NCBI GenBank assembly: GCA_048213135.1
Contig: PS015389.1
Coordinates: 15,753 to 79,752, forward strand
Length of the DNA: 64,000 nucleotides
Source: Reclinomonas americana ATCC 50394
Lineage: Eukaryota
Direction: 5' to 3'
Positions 1-12,113 of the stretch are shown piece after piece. The first letter of the stretch is position 1; each line of letters begins with the position of its first letter. The translations under genes were made by a program, and so were the position numbers. Below the pieces are notes generated by a model that saw nothing but the letters and a program-made list of their open reading frames with translations, did not search any database and was not told the origin of the DNA.

Positions 1-76
1 GACCGTCGTACCTACACGTACGTACTCGTCGTACCGACGGACGGACGTACGTACGTACGTACGTACACGACGTACA

Positions 77-184
<108 letters not shown>

Positions 185-281
185 ACACAACGAAGGTTCG
201 TCCTACTTCTTCCTCCTCTCTCTTCTTTCCTTCCTCTCTCTCTCTCTCTCCCTCCCTTCTCCCTCCCTCCCTTCTCTGCAC

Positions 282-432
282 CTTTCGCCTCCTGCGACGT
301 CGCAGCTGCCAAAGCTGCCTCCTCCACCGACGGATACAAGTTCACAGTCGGGCTCTTCTTGGGCGCTTCAGTGGTGCTATTGCGCCAACTTCCGCCACTG
401 CCTTTGCCAAAGGAGTCGCCGTACAGAGACAT
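282..432 (-). CDS. First coding exon of a gene running off the left edge of the window (MSLYGDSFGKGSGGSW...); product uncertain
   Basis: ATG at 432, open frame to a GT donor at 281, followed by (AG)n/(TG)n intron-type sequence. The N-terminus is weakly reminiscent of SPF45/RBM17 (MSLYDD..W), too weak to name. Confidence 0.4.
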
Positions 433-749
433 TTCTCCTGCTCTCTCGGGGAAAAAGACGGGGTCGAAGTGTGGTCCTGCGTCCGGCGACATCATGTTCC
501 CGCAAAAAAAAACAACGAAGAAGGGATACCCTCCGTTCCCGCACTGACAGATTGTCAAGGAATGCAGCTTGGACTCAGTGGTGGTAGGCGGAACGCTACA
601 TGCGGAGCGTTGCAGTGTGCATGCTCTGTTGATCATGAGTGCGACCAAAAAATCGACGCTCTCAGCGGGTGCATGATCGGTCACCTCTGCTGAAACGCGG
701 GCTCCTCTTGCGCTAGATGCTACCCTCCTGGAGACTGCTGCTCCCGAGG

Positions 750-1125
750 CCGAGTTTGCGTGTAGCTATAGTGCGTTCGAATTGCGCATGCGAATTTGAG
801 TTCGAATTCGGTCGACATGCAACCTTCTCACTCGCCGCCTGTGCGCCTCGCCTCCACCACTGGAACACTATCACCAGCAGGCACTGCACTCCGGTAACCT
901 CACCCCTCTCGTCTGTCGAGTTTCTTTGCATTTGTTCGAATCTCGAATTTGAAGTCGACTTGCAACCGTCTCACTCGCTGTCTGTGCGGCTCGTCTTCAC
1001 CACTTACACACTACCACGCCGTGTAGCAGGCACTGCATGCCTCAGGCAACCTCGTCCCTCTCGTGTGCCGAGTTTCTTAGCATTTGTTCGGAACTCGAAT
1101 TTGAAGTCGACTTGCAACCTTCTCA
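750..1125. repeat. Degenerate ~150-bp tandem repeat (2 good copies plus 1 diverged) in a divergent intergenic region
   Basis: gagtttctt.gcatttgttcg.a.ctcgaatttgaagtcgacttgcaacc at ~918-968 and ~1070-1120; related cgaatttgag...gtcgacatgcaaccttctca at ~791-830. Confidence 0.8.
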
Positions 1126-1321
1126 AGCGCACTCACCGCCGGTACCTGTGCCTGTGCGACAAACTTGCCTTTGACAGAGCTCAGCATTCATCATTCTCCT
1201 CGCTGGAGCCCCACTCACAAAAACGAGTTTTTCCGCACTTCGATCGCGATCGATATCGTTGCACAACAAGCGCCACCACGACAGCTCACACAACCGCCCA
1301 CAGCACCCCCTTCTCCTCCCC

Positions 1322-1427
1322 TTTCCCGCCCTCACACCGCCACTTCCATGCTGCGGCAAACGCAAACCTCAGCATTTCTCCACCGCCGCAAATCGCGCGG
1401 GAGCGAGCAGTGACGTCACTTTCGCGC
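1322..1427 (+). promoter_or_regulatory. Putative promoter motifs: E2F-like TTTCCCGC (1322) and TTTCGCGC (1420), CRE palindrome TGACGTCA (1411)
   Basis: Motif matches 100-200 bp upstream of ATG 1523. Confidence 0.35.
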
Positions 1428-1522
1428 AACACCGCAGCAAACCCTCTTCTTTTTCTCTCTCTCGTGAGCCAAGACAACCACACACTCTTTCCCACACACA
1501 CGCACTTTCATCACCAACAACA

Positions 1523-2124
1523 ATGAGCGCCATTGACGTGATCAACAGCCAGGAGACAGTCGCGCAAGTGACTGCGGGAGAGGATGCCGCAGTGGGTGAG
1601 TGCTGTGTGTGCGTGCGTGCGTGAGCCCAATTGAAGTCACTTTGATGATAACACTTTGTGACACACACACACACAGAGTGCGACGTGCATGTGAAGCCTA
1701 TGGTGGAGGAGGAGAGCAAGGAGGCACCAGTGAACATGGCACGCAAGCGGTCGCGTGAGGAGGCGGTGGAGACTGATGACAAGGAGGCGAGCAAGGCAGA
1801 GGAGGAGGCAGTTGACGAGTCGCCTGTCAAGCGTCGCAAGGTTTGCCTTGACCACACACACAGAGAGTGCGAGCGCGCGTGTGTGTTGCTCACTCTGCGT
1901 GTGTGTGACAGTCGCCGCCCGCGGACAAGAAGAAAAAGACGCGCTCATCGCCGCGACTTGCCAAGAAGGAGGAGGATGAGCCTGAGGAGGGTGAGGTTGA
2001 CGAGGAGGAGGAGGAGATGCCTGCTGCGGAGGAGGAGGAGGAGGCGGAGGTGCCTGCGGTTGCTGCTGCTGAGGAGGAGGAGGAGGTGCCGGCGGCAGTG
2101 GAGGAGGAAGCCGAGGCGCAGTGA
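1523..2124 (+). CDS. Small acidic, probably disordered nuclear protein (3 exons: ~1523-1595, 1678-1840, ~1912-2124)
   Basis: GT-AG introns join MSAIDVINSQ..., ..RKRSRE..SPVKRRK, and SPPADKKKKTRSSPRLAKK plus an E-rich tail to TGA 2122-2124; basic NLS-like clusters. Confidence 0.7.
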
Positions 2125-3076
2125 GAGAAGACAGAGGGAGAGAGTGTGTGTGTGATGCAATGCGTCCACATGCCTGCTGCTGCTGTTCAATGAACGAATG
2201 ACTTCGTTTGTGCGAAAAGAACAAACACACACTGTGATGACCAAAGTGTGAGAGAGAGTGTGCGTCACAAGTTGTCTCTCACTCACGCACGCACTCTGCT
2301 CTCTCTCCTCTCTCTCTCTGTCCGAGGTTGGCGCTCAAACATGCGAGTGTGTGCGTTTGTGTGTGTGCGTGAGAGCGAGTGGGGGGCGCGCGATCTGTGC
2401 TCCGTGCATTTTGTGGTGGACATTTCGTGACGTCATGGTTGCGGGTTGCTCGCATTTACAGCGCGCGCTCGCTACACAACGTAGCATTCTGCAGCCTCGC
2501 AGATAAGCAGCTGAAGCTTTCCTGATGAACCGAGTAGGTGCGACTGTCTTCGATGAGCACCAGAAACGAAAACTGCGAGAGACAACCGAAAATTGATTCT
2601 CCGACAAGCAGACAAGGGCAGCAGCTGCGGTCAAAGCACACAGACACTGACGGCAATGCTGCAAGGAACCGCGTTACAGTGAGTGTTACAAAGGCCTCCG
2701 TTCTGCTTCAGTCGGTCGGACGACTGCTTGTGTATGTCAGCAGGGCATTTTCCTGCATGAAAAGAAGCAGGCGACCCAAACAACATTATCCCTTATCCCT
2801 TTCCTTTCTTGCAGAGCGTGTGGACTGAGCGATGAACGAGTTCTTTAGTATCGTCCTCCGTTTGCAGCCTCTGCGGTGTCCCAGTCCGCGCTGTTTGCAT
2901 TGGGTCTCTCTGGCGTGCCTATCCAGACCCGCATTGCTGGCCATCTGGTTTCCACCCCCGCCACAGCGCCTGACAGTCGAACTCACTGATTCAGAAGGCA
3001 CTCACCTTCGGCTCCTTGCTGCATCTCCCCTTCATATCACCAGGTACCGCACATCAAATTGCTCATTCATTCCCCA

Positions 3077-5651
3077 TCATCTGCGTCCACCACGGCCACC
3101 ACGCCCGCCACCACCGCGCCCACCACCACCACGTCCACCACCACCTCGCCCGCCACCACCACCACGACCGCCACCTCGCCCACCACCACGACCACCGCCT
3201 CGGCCGCCACCACCACCACCACCACCACGACTAGCACCCGCCGCCGAACGCATCTCCGACGAAAACATGCTTCGCGTCTCCTTCCCGCCACGGCCACCGC
3301 CACGCCCGCCACCTCGACCACCACCACCGCGCGCACCACCCCGAGCACCGCCAGACTCGCCACGCGACTTCTTCTCCGGTCGCCGACCAAGTGCACGATC
3401 ACGCGCCTCTCGTTTCGCCGACTTGGCGCTAACCTTGATTTCACGCAGAGCTGCAACAACGCCACACAATCAGCACGCACTCAATATCTCTCTCCTTCAT
3501 GGACCACACGCACCCGAGCCCGTCTGCTTCTCCAGTCGCTGGCGCCGCATGTGCTCTCGCCGAGCATCATCCGACATTTTCTTGGGGCGCTTCTCCGGTG
3601 GTGCGCCGCCTTCGCCGCGCATGTACCGATTGGCGCCCTTCTTCTTGCCGTCTCCGTCGTCGTCGTCGTCATCGTCGTCCTCGTCGCGCCCGCGCTTCTT
3701 GCCGCGCTTCTTCTTGTCGTCCTTTTTGCCGTCCTTCTTCTTGCCTTTTCCTTCATCAGCAGCCGGCTGCTCGCCATCACGCACTGCACACGAGAAGTGT
3801 GAGAACGGCAACAAGAGAGGGAAGGAAATAGAGAAAACGACTCACATTGCTTGGCCTGGCGCTTCTCGGTCTCACTCTGGAACCACTGTCGCTGCGGTCT
3901 GCGCAGGATCTCGCCCTCGTGTCGCATCAAGTTCTCCGCCTTGGCCATCTCCATCTCCGCCATGCGCAGCTGCTTCTCCTCGTACTCCTGGTGGAGAATG
4001 TCCGCCAGATCCTTCTCCATCGAGTCGATCTTGTGCTGCCAGCTGTCAACGTCCTCGCGAGGGGGGACTCGTTGTTGGAGCTGTGAAAGCAGAGAGGAAA
4101 TGGGTGGGCACAGCGAGGGACAAGGAGGAATACCACAGCAAACAGAGACACAGAACAAAAAGATGAATTGCTGGCAAAGAAGACAGAGCAGCGAACCAAG
4201 AGAGAGCCATCCTTCTCCTCAAACAAACCTGCGTCCTCGCATGCTTCACCACCTGCTTCAGCAGCGTGCGATCAGCCTCCGTCGCCAGCGCCACCGCACG
4301 ACCATCGCGCCCGGCACGCGCCGTACGACCAGAGCGATGAATGTAGTCCTTGACGGACTTGGGCATGTCAAAGTGAATGACCTGCACGCACAGCACATCG
4401 TCAGCACACACAACACCTTTCCCTACCATCCCCTTTCAACCCCTCACCGTGCGCACTCGCGGAATATCGAGACCACGCGCCGCCAGATCCGTGCACACCA
4501 TCACATCGGAGCCGCCCTTGGTGAATGACTCGAGCGCCTCCAATCGCTGCTGCTGCGTGAGATTGCCGTGCAGCTCAGATGCCCGCAAGCCCGCCAGTCC
4601 CATCAGCAAACGCAGTCGATGTGCGTCCTTTTTCCGATTGACAAACACCAGTGTGCGAGTGCGGAACGTGCGCTCGAGCAGCGACAGCAGCACGGCTTCG
4701 CGCGAGGACTCGCGGCCGGGACGGATGCGCACAATCTCCTGCGTCAGCGTACGCGGCGTGTCCATGCGATCGTCAATCGAGACGCGCAGCGGCTGCTTCA
4801 GCGACATTTTGGCCAGGCGCGCCACTTCGTCCGTCATGGTGGCCGAGAAGAGCATGGTTTGGCGCCCGGTCGGGCACTGCCGCACAATCTCCTCCACCTC
4901 GGCCGAGAAACCCATGTCGAGCAGACTGGCCACCGACGTGAGACAAAGAGGGAGAGGGGAGGGATAAAGGGATAAGTAGCTCACCGATCAGCCTCATCAA
5001 GAATCAAAATCTCCACATCATCGATGCCGAAACTCGGCGTGTTCTGCAAGTGGTCGATCAGGCGCCCGGGTGTGGCCACGATAATGTCGGGTCGCTGGCG
5101 CAGTTGCATCTCCTGCTTCTTCAGCGACAGACCGCCGACTGTCACGCAGTGCGAGATGTCAGTGAAGCGTGCCAGCGCCGCGAGCATTTCCGCGCATTGC
5201 ACGGCCAGCTCGCGGGTGGGGACGAGGACCTGGAGAGGGAAGGGAAAGTGAGAGAGGGGAAAGGGAAGAGGGAAGGGAGGGAGAAGAGAGGGAGAAGAGA
5301 GGGGAACGAAGGATTGGTATCTCAAAGGGATAGAAGAAAGGAGGACAAATGAGGAGGGAAAACTTTTGCAGTGAGTGGCAAGCCAGTTCAACAAAAGAGG
5401 GGAGGTGCAGCCTCACTCCAATCCCTCGTTCCCTCCCACGCTTTCTCTCCCACACTCTCTCGACTCTACACGATTGCATGCCGTCAATCATTTCTCTGCC
5501 TTGCCATTGCACATCCGAGACTCAGACACACTTCACACGAAGTGCAACATCCGAGACTCAGACACACTTCACACGAAGTGCAACCTCATATCTACCTCTG
5601 CTTTTCAACTCCCTCATGGCCCCAGCATTAGTCACGATTCTTCTGGCACCC

Positions 5652-5690
<39 letters not shown>

Positions 5691-7144
5691 GCCTTGTCCA
5701 CATTCTCTCTGTCTGTGATGCACATCTCCATAACTTCTCTTCCTCTCGCACCACCTCCTCCTCTTCCTCCTCTCGCTTTTTCCGTTTCCTGTCCTGGAAT
5801 CTCCTCCGTCTACTTTCTCCTCTTCCCTTTCTTCCTCTCGCACCACCTCCTCCTCTTCCTCCTCTGCCTTCTTCGGTTTCCTGTTCTGTCATCTCCTGTC
5901 TCCCTTGTTCTCCTTCCCTTTCTTCCTCTCGCACCACCTCCTCCTCTTCCTTCTCTCGCTTTTTCCGTTTCCTGTTCTGTCATCTCCCGTCTCCCTTGTT
6001 CCCCTTCCCTTCTCTTCCTCTCGCACCTCCTTCTCTTCCTTCTCTGCCTTCTTCCGTTTCCAGTTCTGCCATCTCCACTTCCTACTTTTCCCTCTTCCCT
6101 TCTCCTTCATTCCCTCCCTTCCCCCTTCTCCCTTCTCCTTCATCCCCCCACTCACCAACACCCTTGTCGCTGCCACCCTCCGCGACCGCAACAACAACCG
6201 CTCCAACGACGGCAACAGAAACGCCGCCGTCTTTCCCGAACCCGTCACCGCACTCCCGCAAATATCATGACCCGCCAGTGCCTTGGCAATCGTCTGCGCC
6301 TGAATCGGCGTCGGATGCTTGTAGCCCAACTCCGACACTGCGCGCACCAGCGGCCGCGACAGATTCAACTCCGTAAACGTCACCGTGGTGTCGACCTGCA
6401 ACGGAGCGCCATGATCATCGTCGTCCTCGACTGCCTCGTCCTCCTCCTCCTCCTGCTCGACCTTCTTCGTCTTGGTCGGCTTACGACCGGCCTTGGCCGA
6501 CAGCTTTGCCGCGATCTTGTCGCTCACCGACGGCACCTGTGGTGCGACACACCAATCAGGTGAGACGGAGAGTGAGATACAGGGAGGACACGCGCATGTG
6601 CCGGACCGCTTCGTGTTCGTAATCGGCCAATGCCGCCCCAAAGTTCCACTCGTTGCCGCCACTTGCACTGCTGCGATTGGCATACGTGCGTTCCACAGGC
6701 TGCTCCTCCTCCTCGTCACTGTCCTGCTCGATTTCGCCATCACTACTGTCCTCTTCATACTCTCCGTCCTCATCGTCATCATCAGCTGCAGCTGCAGCTG
6801 CAATTCGTCTGGTGGAGGTCGCGTACCCGAGAAGACTCGCGACGCCTGAATCCTGCAAAAAGTGGTGAGTAAGTGAGTGGGCATGTGTGCATGTGAATCA
6901 GCACATGGCCGAAAAAACGCACCAGCTGCATCTCTTCGTCTCGGTCGCTTACGTCACTGCCATTGTCACTGTCTCCCTCGGCGTCGTCTTCCTCCTCCTC
7001 GTCGTCGATCTCGTCGTCACTGTGAATGGTGCCAATCAAGTCGTGCTTTTTCTCTGTGTGTTTGTGAGAGAGAGATATGGGGGAGAGGGAGTGTGAGACT
7101 GCGGTCTGTGGGGTGCTTGACACAGACAAGAGCACGCAACTCAT
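3077..7144 (-). CDS. DDX27: DEAD-box RNA helicase DDX27/DRS1 (60S biogenesis), multi-exon, RGG-rich C-terminus
   Basis: Motifs: Q-motif (F..LNLSRPL..GY.HPTPIQ), [48 protein letters not shown]1-like N-terminal DLIGTI.SDDE and C-terminal KAENL..H..EI..RP.R.WFQ. First coding exon is ATG+A at 7144-7141. Confidence 0.92.
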
Positions 7145-7330
7145 GGCTGTGCGTGTCGTTGGTGAATGCAAAGATTGCGGGACAGGACATTTGGAGGGCG
7201 TCTTTTTCATGCTTCAATGACTTTGGCTCTCAAAAGCAAAGCAAAACCCCCTCTCCAGCAGTGCTTGAGGCAACGCCAAACAATGCAAGTTCGCCTTCTT
7301 TCACAGACTTCGCAGCACCCAAAATCACGT

Positions 7331-7420
7331 CTTCTTTCACCACATTCAATCCCTTGCTGATCATGACAGTGGCCGTGGCACACCATCTACACAGACACAA
7401 GTACTCTTCTCCAACAGCAA
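7331..7420 (-). repeat. Dispersed non-coding element, copy 1 (diverged), upstream of DDX27
   Basis: cttctttcaccacatt, aatcccttgctga, ggcacacca, actcttctccaacagc are colinear with the copy at 21028-21260. Confidence 0.6.
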
Positions 7421-7601
7421 AATCAATCAAGCGTTCTCTCCTGCTGCTAACAAGCTCAGTGTTGAAGACTGCGTGGTTCTCTGAGTTCCTCGTGCAAGAT
7501 CACGTTGTGCTGACACTTGAACTAGACTTGTCTCTGCCCGTCTCCTTTCTGCCACGCTGCACAATAGAGACCGGTGGTTGTGACAGTGTACATCTTGCTG
7601 T

Positions 7602-10286
7602 TCACTTCGCACGACGCTGCTGCATGCTCTTGTCGCTGTCCATCGCGTCGTGCAGCAGCTGGGTGGCGGTGGGGTCCACTTGCGCCAACTCCCAGAAGCC
7701 GGGTGTCTCCACAAAACAGATTTCGTAGCCGTCGACATCTGTGGCAAGGGGAATGAGCGAGGGAGGGAGAAACGGAATACCGACGGCGCAAACCAGCACA
7801 CCTGCAAGGATGACCACACGGACGGTGGCCTTGCCGGGCGTGTCGAGTGAGACCAGAGGTTTGATAACGGTGCAGCCGCTGCGCTCGTACAGTGACGCAT
7901 CTTGGCACGCAAAGGCGATTCGACCTGCGAGAAGAGGAAGGTGAGCGGTGAAACAGGGGCGAGGAGAAAACAACGAGGCGCACCGTATGCTTCGCCGTGG
8001 TCGATTGGAGTGCCAGCGGGGAGTGGAATGAGCCAGAGACGTGACTGCGTGGAGGAGGGAAGGGGTGTGAGATACATCACTTGACCCCCGTCAAGCAGAG
8101 TGCAGAAGAGATCACGACAGAAACAAAGAGAGGCCGTAGGCATCGTCGGACAGCGACAGCACGAGCCACCGACGTGGTCGGCATTGAAGGCAGACGAGGC
8201 CACAAGAACGGGAGTGACAATCCTCCCCAGCTTACGCAACGTGCTCTGCCGATCCACACCCCAACTGAAGCGCGCCACCGACATCGCAGGCAAGCCGAGC
8301 TCCTAGCCTGTCGCACCAGCACTGCACCGATGCCGCCGAGTCCGTCACATGCAACGCCACACCACACACGGGATCGCCGCCTGCCGCCATGCCCTCTGGT
8401 CGAGCCCGCGACCCCGCCACCAGCACCACGTACCCGTCGGGCGACAGCAGGTGCACGGCTGGTGCTCCCAGCCACGACACGTCGTCGGTCTTTACATCGC
8501 CGGACGAGGCCTCCACGCGTGCGAGCACGGCGTCGTCGCAGATCACCAGGGCGGCAAAGTCGTTGCCGAGGGTGTACGACGGGACTCCGTAGTTGTACTG
8601 CGTGGGAGGGGGGAGAAGAGAAGGAGAGAGAGGCGTGAGGAAAGGAAGAGAAGATAGACGCAAGGGGGGAGAGAAAGAGAGAAGAGAGAGAGAGATAGAC
8701 AGAGTGAAAGGGAGAGAGACAGAGAACAGAGACAGAGAGAGAGAGAGAGAGACAGAGTGAAAGGGAGAGAGACAGAGAGAGAGAAAGAGAGACAGCAAGA
8801 AAAGACTAGGCTGAACAAAAGAACATGACACGGAAGAAACCCGGAAGCAAAGATTGCAGTATTGGAGCGTAGAGTGGAGGGCGACGGATGGGGCAAGGGA
8901 AGAAGGAGAGGCCAAACACAGGGACACACCAAGGCGGAGGGTAGATCGCGATGTTGCTGACTCAAGAAGACAGGGTCTCTCTCTCTCTCTCTCTTTCGTA
9001 CTTTCTCGTTCTCTCTCTCCCTCCCTCCCTCTCTTCTCCCCGTGCCACAACGCAACTGTCAACTCGATCACATAGTGCGACTTCTCATCGCCGTATCCAA
9101 CCATCGTCTTGCTCCACATACCGTCGTACTGACCGTGCAAAGTAGCAGTGAGTCGACAGGCGAAGAGAGACACGCACAATCCATGCGTCACTCAACTCGT
9201 CCATTGCTGCAGAGAGTGGAGACGGGAAGGCGGTGTCAGTAATACATCCGACGAGAGGGAGAGAGGAAAGGGAGGGGAGAGAACTAGGCTCTGCCAAACT
9301 GGTTGCTTGCAAGTCGCAATGAGAGAGAGGGAGCAAGAAAGAGAGGAGTGACAGCAGAACAGTTTCCGACAAGAGGGAGAGAGGAGAGTGATGAGAGTAA
9401 GAGAGAATAGGCCGCATTGGTTGCTTGCAAGTCGCAGTGAGAGCGCGAGATAGGAGTGAGACGGACAGATAAAGAGGAAGGGAGGGAGGGAGGAGAGACG
9501 GAAAGAGAGAGAGGCGGAGAGAGAGAGAGAGGAGGGAGACGGGCAGAACAGTTTCCGACAAGAGGAAGAGAGGAAGAAGACAGAGAATAGGTTTGCGGCA
9601 CTGATTGCTTGCAATCCTCAACGAAAGAGTGAGACAGGAGTGGGGCAAACAGAACAAGAGAGAGGGAGGAAGAGACAGAGATACAGAGAGTACAGGTTTC
9701 TAAGGCACTGGTTGCAAGCAAGAGTGAGAGAAGAAGTCCTTGACTCTCTCACTGCGTTCTCTCCTTCTATCGCAGGGAGCACTGAATCGACAATGGCGAT
9801 GTCCCTCTCCTTCTCTGCCTCTGTCAGTGTTCTCACTGGTCAGTGCCTCAGTGGTACATGGACCTCTCTCTCTTTCTCTCTGTTTCTCACTCTCTCTCTC
9901 TCTCTCTGTTTCTCACTCTGTCTCAGTCAAAGAATCGTGCAAGGGCCACTCACTCAACCCTTCCTTCCCCCCTCACTCCCTCCCTTCTCTCTCCCTTCCC
10001 CCTCTTCTCTCTCTCACCAATACGCCTCACATCCTTCATGAAACTCCTCATGTCGCAACACTCGCATGCCCAGCACCTCTGTGAAGAAGTCGATGGAACG
10101 CCCTGCAGAATGCACTCTCAACAGTGAGATAGAGAAGAGAGAGAAAGAGAGACAACAGAGTGAGTGCGCGCAACGCCGATCGCCAATCTGTGCAATCAAG
10201 TGTGAGAGAGGGTGTGAGGTGCATACTTGTCAGAGACAGAGTGAGCAGTCTGTGTGCACCTTGAACACCCAGTGCAGTGGCTGCAT
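7602..10286 (-). CDS. GLOD4: Glyoxalase domain-containing protein 4 homolog, multi-exon with microexons
   Basis: Exons assemble to [62 protein letters not shown] ... GRIAFA ... [26 protein letters not shown], characteristic of GLOD4. Start codon uncertain. Confidence 0.92.
9295..9625. repeat. Intronic imperfect tandem repeat in GLOD4
   Basis: ttgcttgcaa(gtcgca) three times and cagaacagtttccgacaagagg twice. Confidence 0.7.
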
Positions 10287-10568
10287 TCTCCCTTTGAGTC
10301 CAATCGATGAATAAGGGACTGCAGGATACGACGTTTCTGTGCAAGTTGGTATGTGCTGCTGGTGTGTATAGTAGAGCAGAGAGTCCCCTGCACTTGCCCA
10401 CTTGCGGCAAATGAGGAGAGATGGACTCTTCGACTTCACTTCACACTTCGTTTCGAATTCATTCACCAACAAATAACAACAGCTGCCTTGATGATCAAGT
10501 CCAACCATATCCATCAATTGCAGCAGTCTTGAGGGCAGCGGCAGCTCGATGTGCACATGCACAACAAG

Positions 10569-10635
10569 ACACTTCATTTGCCACATTGCACAAATCCCTT
10601 GCCGACAATGACCTTGGCACACCAACAACACAGTT
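10569..10635 (-). repeat. Dispersed non-coding element, copy 2, upstream of GLOD4
   Basis: cacttcatt.gccacatt..cacaaatcccttgccgacaatgaccttggcacaccaacaa.acagt. Confidence 0.8.
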
Positions 10636-10686
10636 TCTCTCCTCCGATATGGTACCGCTTCATCTCTGTTCCTCGCTCCCTCCACT

Positions 10687-11801
10687 TCACAACCCCGGCG
10701 CCCGCCGCTCAATCACCTCTGCGTCCTCCAACACAAAACACCGCAGCACAACATCAACGAGAATCCAGTCACAGTCATCCTCCTCTTCCTCGTCGACAAG
10801 CAGCTCGTTGACGGCCAGCACGGCTAGCCGTGCGGCTGCGACCTCATACCCGGCCAGTCCACGCGGCGACGACCACACTCGCAAGGTCATGTCCATGCCA
10901 ATGACAATGTGATGACAGTCGGGAGTGACGGCGACAGCAAACACAGTCCTAGTATGCCCATCGAACCGTCGCACTTCTTCGCCACTCGCCAGCGACCACA
11001 CGCGCACTGTATCGTCATCACTCGCACTCACAATGTGCTGACCATCACGAGTGACAGCAACCGCGTTCACTCCTCCAGTGTGCCCTTCAAGCTCACGCAC
11101 CTCCTCGCCACTCGCCAACGACCACACGCACAGTGCTTCATCATCGCTCCCACTCACAATGTACTGACTGTCATGAGTGACAGCAACAGACCGCAAAGCT
11201 GCACCGTGTGCCATCCATTGGACTTCTTCTCCGCTCGCCAGCGACCACACGTGCATTGAGCAGTCACCACTTCCGCTCACGATGTACTGACCATCAGGGG
11301 CGACGGCAACACACGTGACAGCACCATCGTGACCGTCGAGCCGCCACACTCCGTCGCCACTCTCCAGTGACCACACTCGCACCGTCCTGTCGATGCTGCC
11401 ACTCACGACATGCTGACTGTCGGGAGTGGCAGCGACGCACAACACCCCTTGAGTATGTCCCTCCAACCGTCGCACAATCTTGCCAATCGCCAGTGACCAC
11501 ACTCGCACAGTGGTGTCTTGACTGCCACTCACGACGTGCAGACCGTCGGGAGTGACAGCGACCGAGCTCACTGATCCAGTGTGTCCTCTCAGGCGTTGCA
11601 CCTCTTTCCCACTGGCCAGTGACCACACTCGCACAGTCCGATCCCGACTCCCACTCACAACGTGCTGACTGTCGGGAGTGCAGGCCAAGCCGAACACCGT
11701 GTTCTCGTGCCCCCTTATGACCTGCGTCACGTGGTGAGTGAGATGCTGACAGTCGCACAGCACGGCACAAAGCAGACACGCGCACACACCTTTGATGCCA
11801 T
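10687..11801 (-). CDS. WD40 family gene W1 (exons 11801-11790 MASK; 11721-10687): 7 WD40 repeats plus conserved tail
   Basis: GH..V..VAVTPDG..VVSGS.D.TVRVW repeats; tail WILVDVVLRCFVLEDAEV; 68-nt GT-AG intron. Confidence 0.9.
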
Positions 11802-12113
11802 TCTGCGTCAGCGCGTGTGTTTGGAGACAAAATCGACGGCCGTGCGGAACTGTCCCACAATGTCGTGTCACTTCGTGGTCTTTGTGAAACGGAGTGCCAG
11901 CACGCATCGTTGCGTTGAAGAGGTGCATATCATAGTGTGCTGGAAGAGGTGCAGCGCTCCCGACATGACTTCACACAGCTCTGACGTTAGTGGCCGCGGC
12001 ACACAGGCATTCGGAGCTACAGATGCCTCCCAAGTTAAAGGGGATCAACGGAGAATGGCCCTTCGCTCCTGTTTTACATTGTCTCAACCAAGCCTCTCCC
12101 CTATTCCCCCCGC

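Noticed and set aside
1-75. (GTAC/CGTA/CGGA)n stretch at the window start; similar (CCGT)n at ~37017-37060
   Set aside because: Low-complexity sequence next to microsatellites or gaps; likely a simple repeat or read-end artefact
282-432. Naming the left-edge gene RBM17/SPF45
   Set aside because: Only a few N-terminal residues are similar; diagnostic G-patch and UHM domains are not in the window
2832-4166. Long Pro/Arg-, Thr- and His-rich plus-strand ORFs
   Set aside because: Antisense shadows of the RGG-rich and acidic exons of DDX27
5510-5585. 36-bp direct repeat in a DDX27 intron
   Set aside because: Simple local duplication with no element hallmarks
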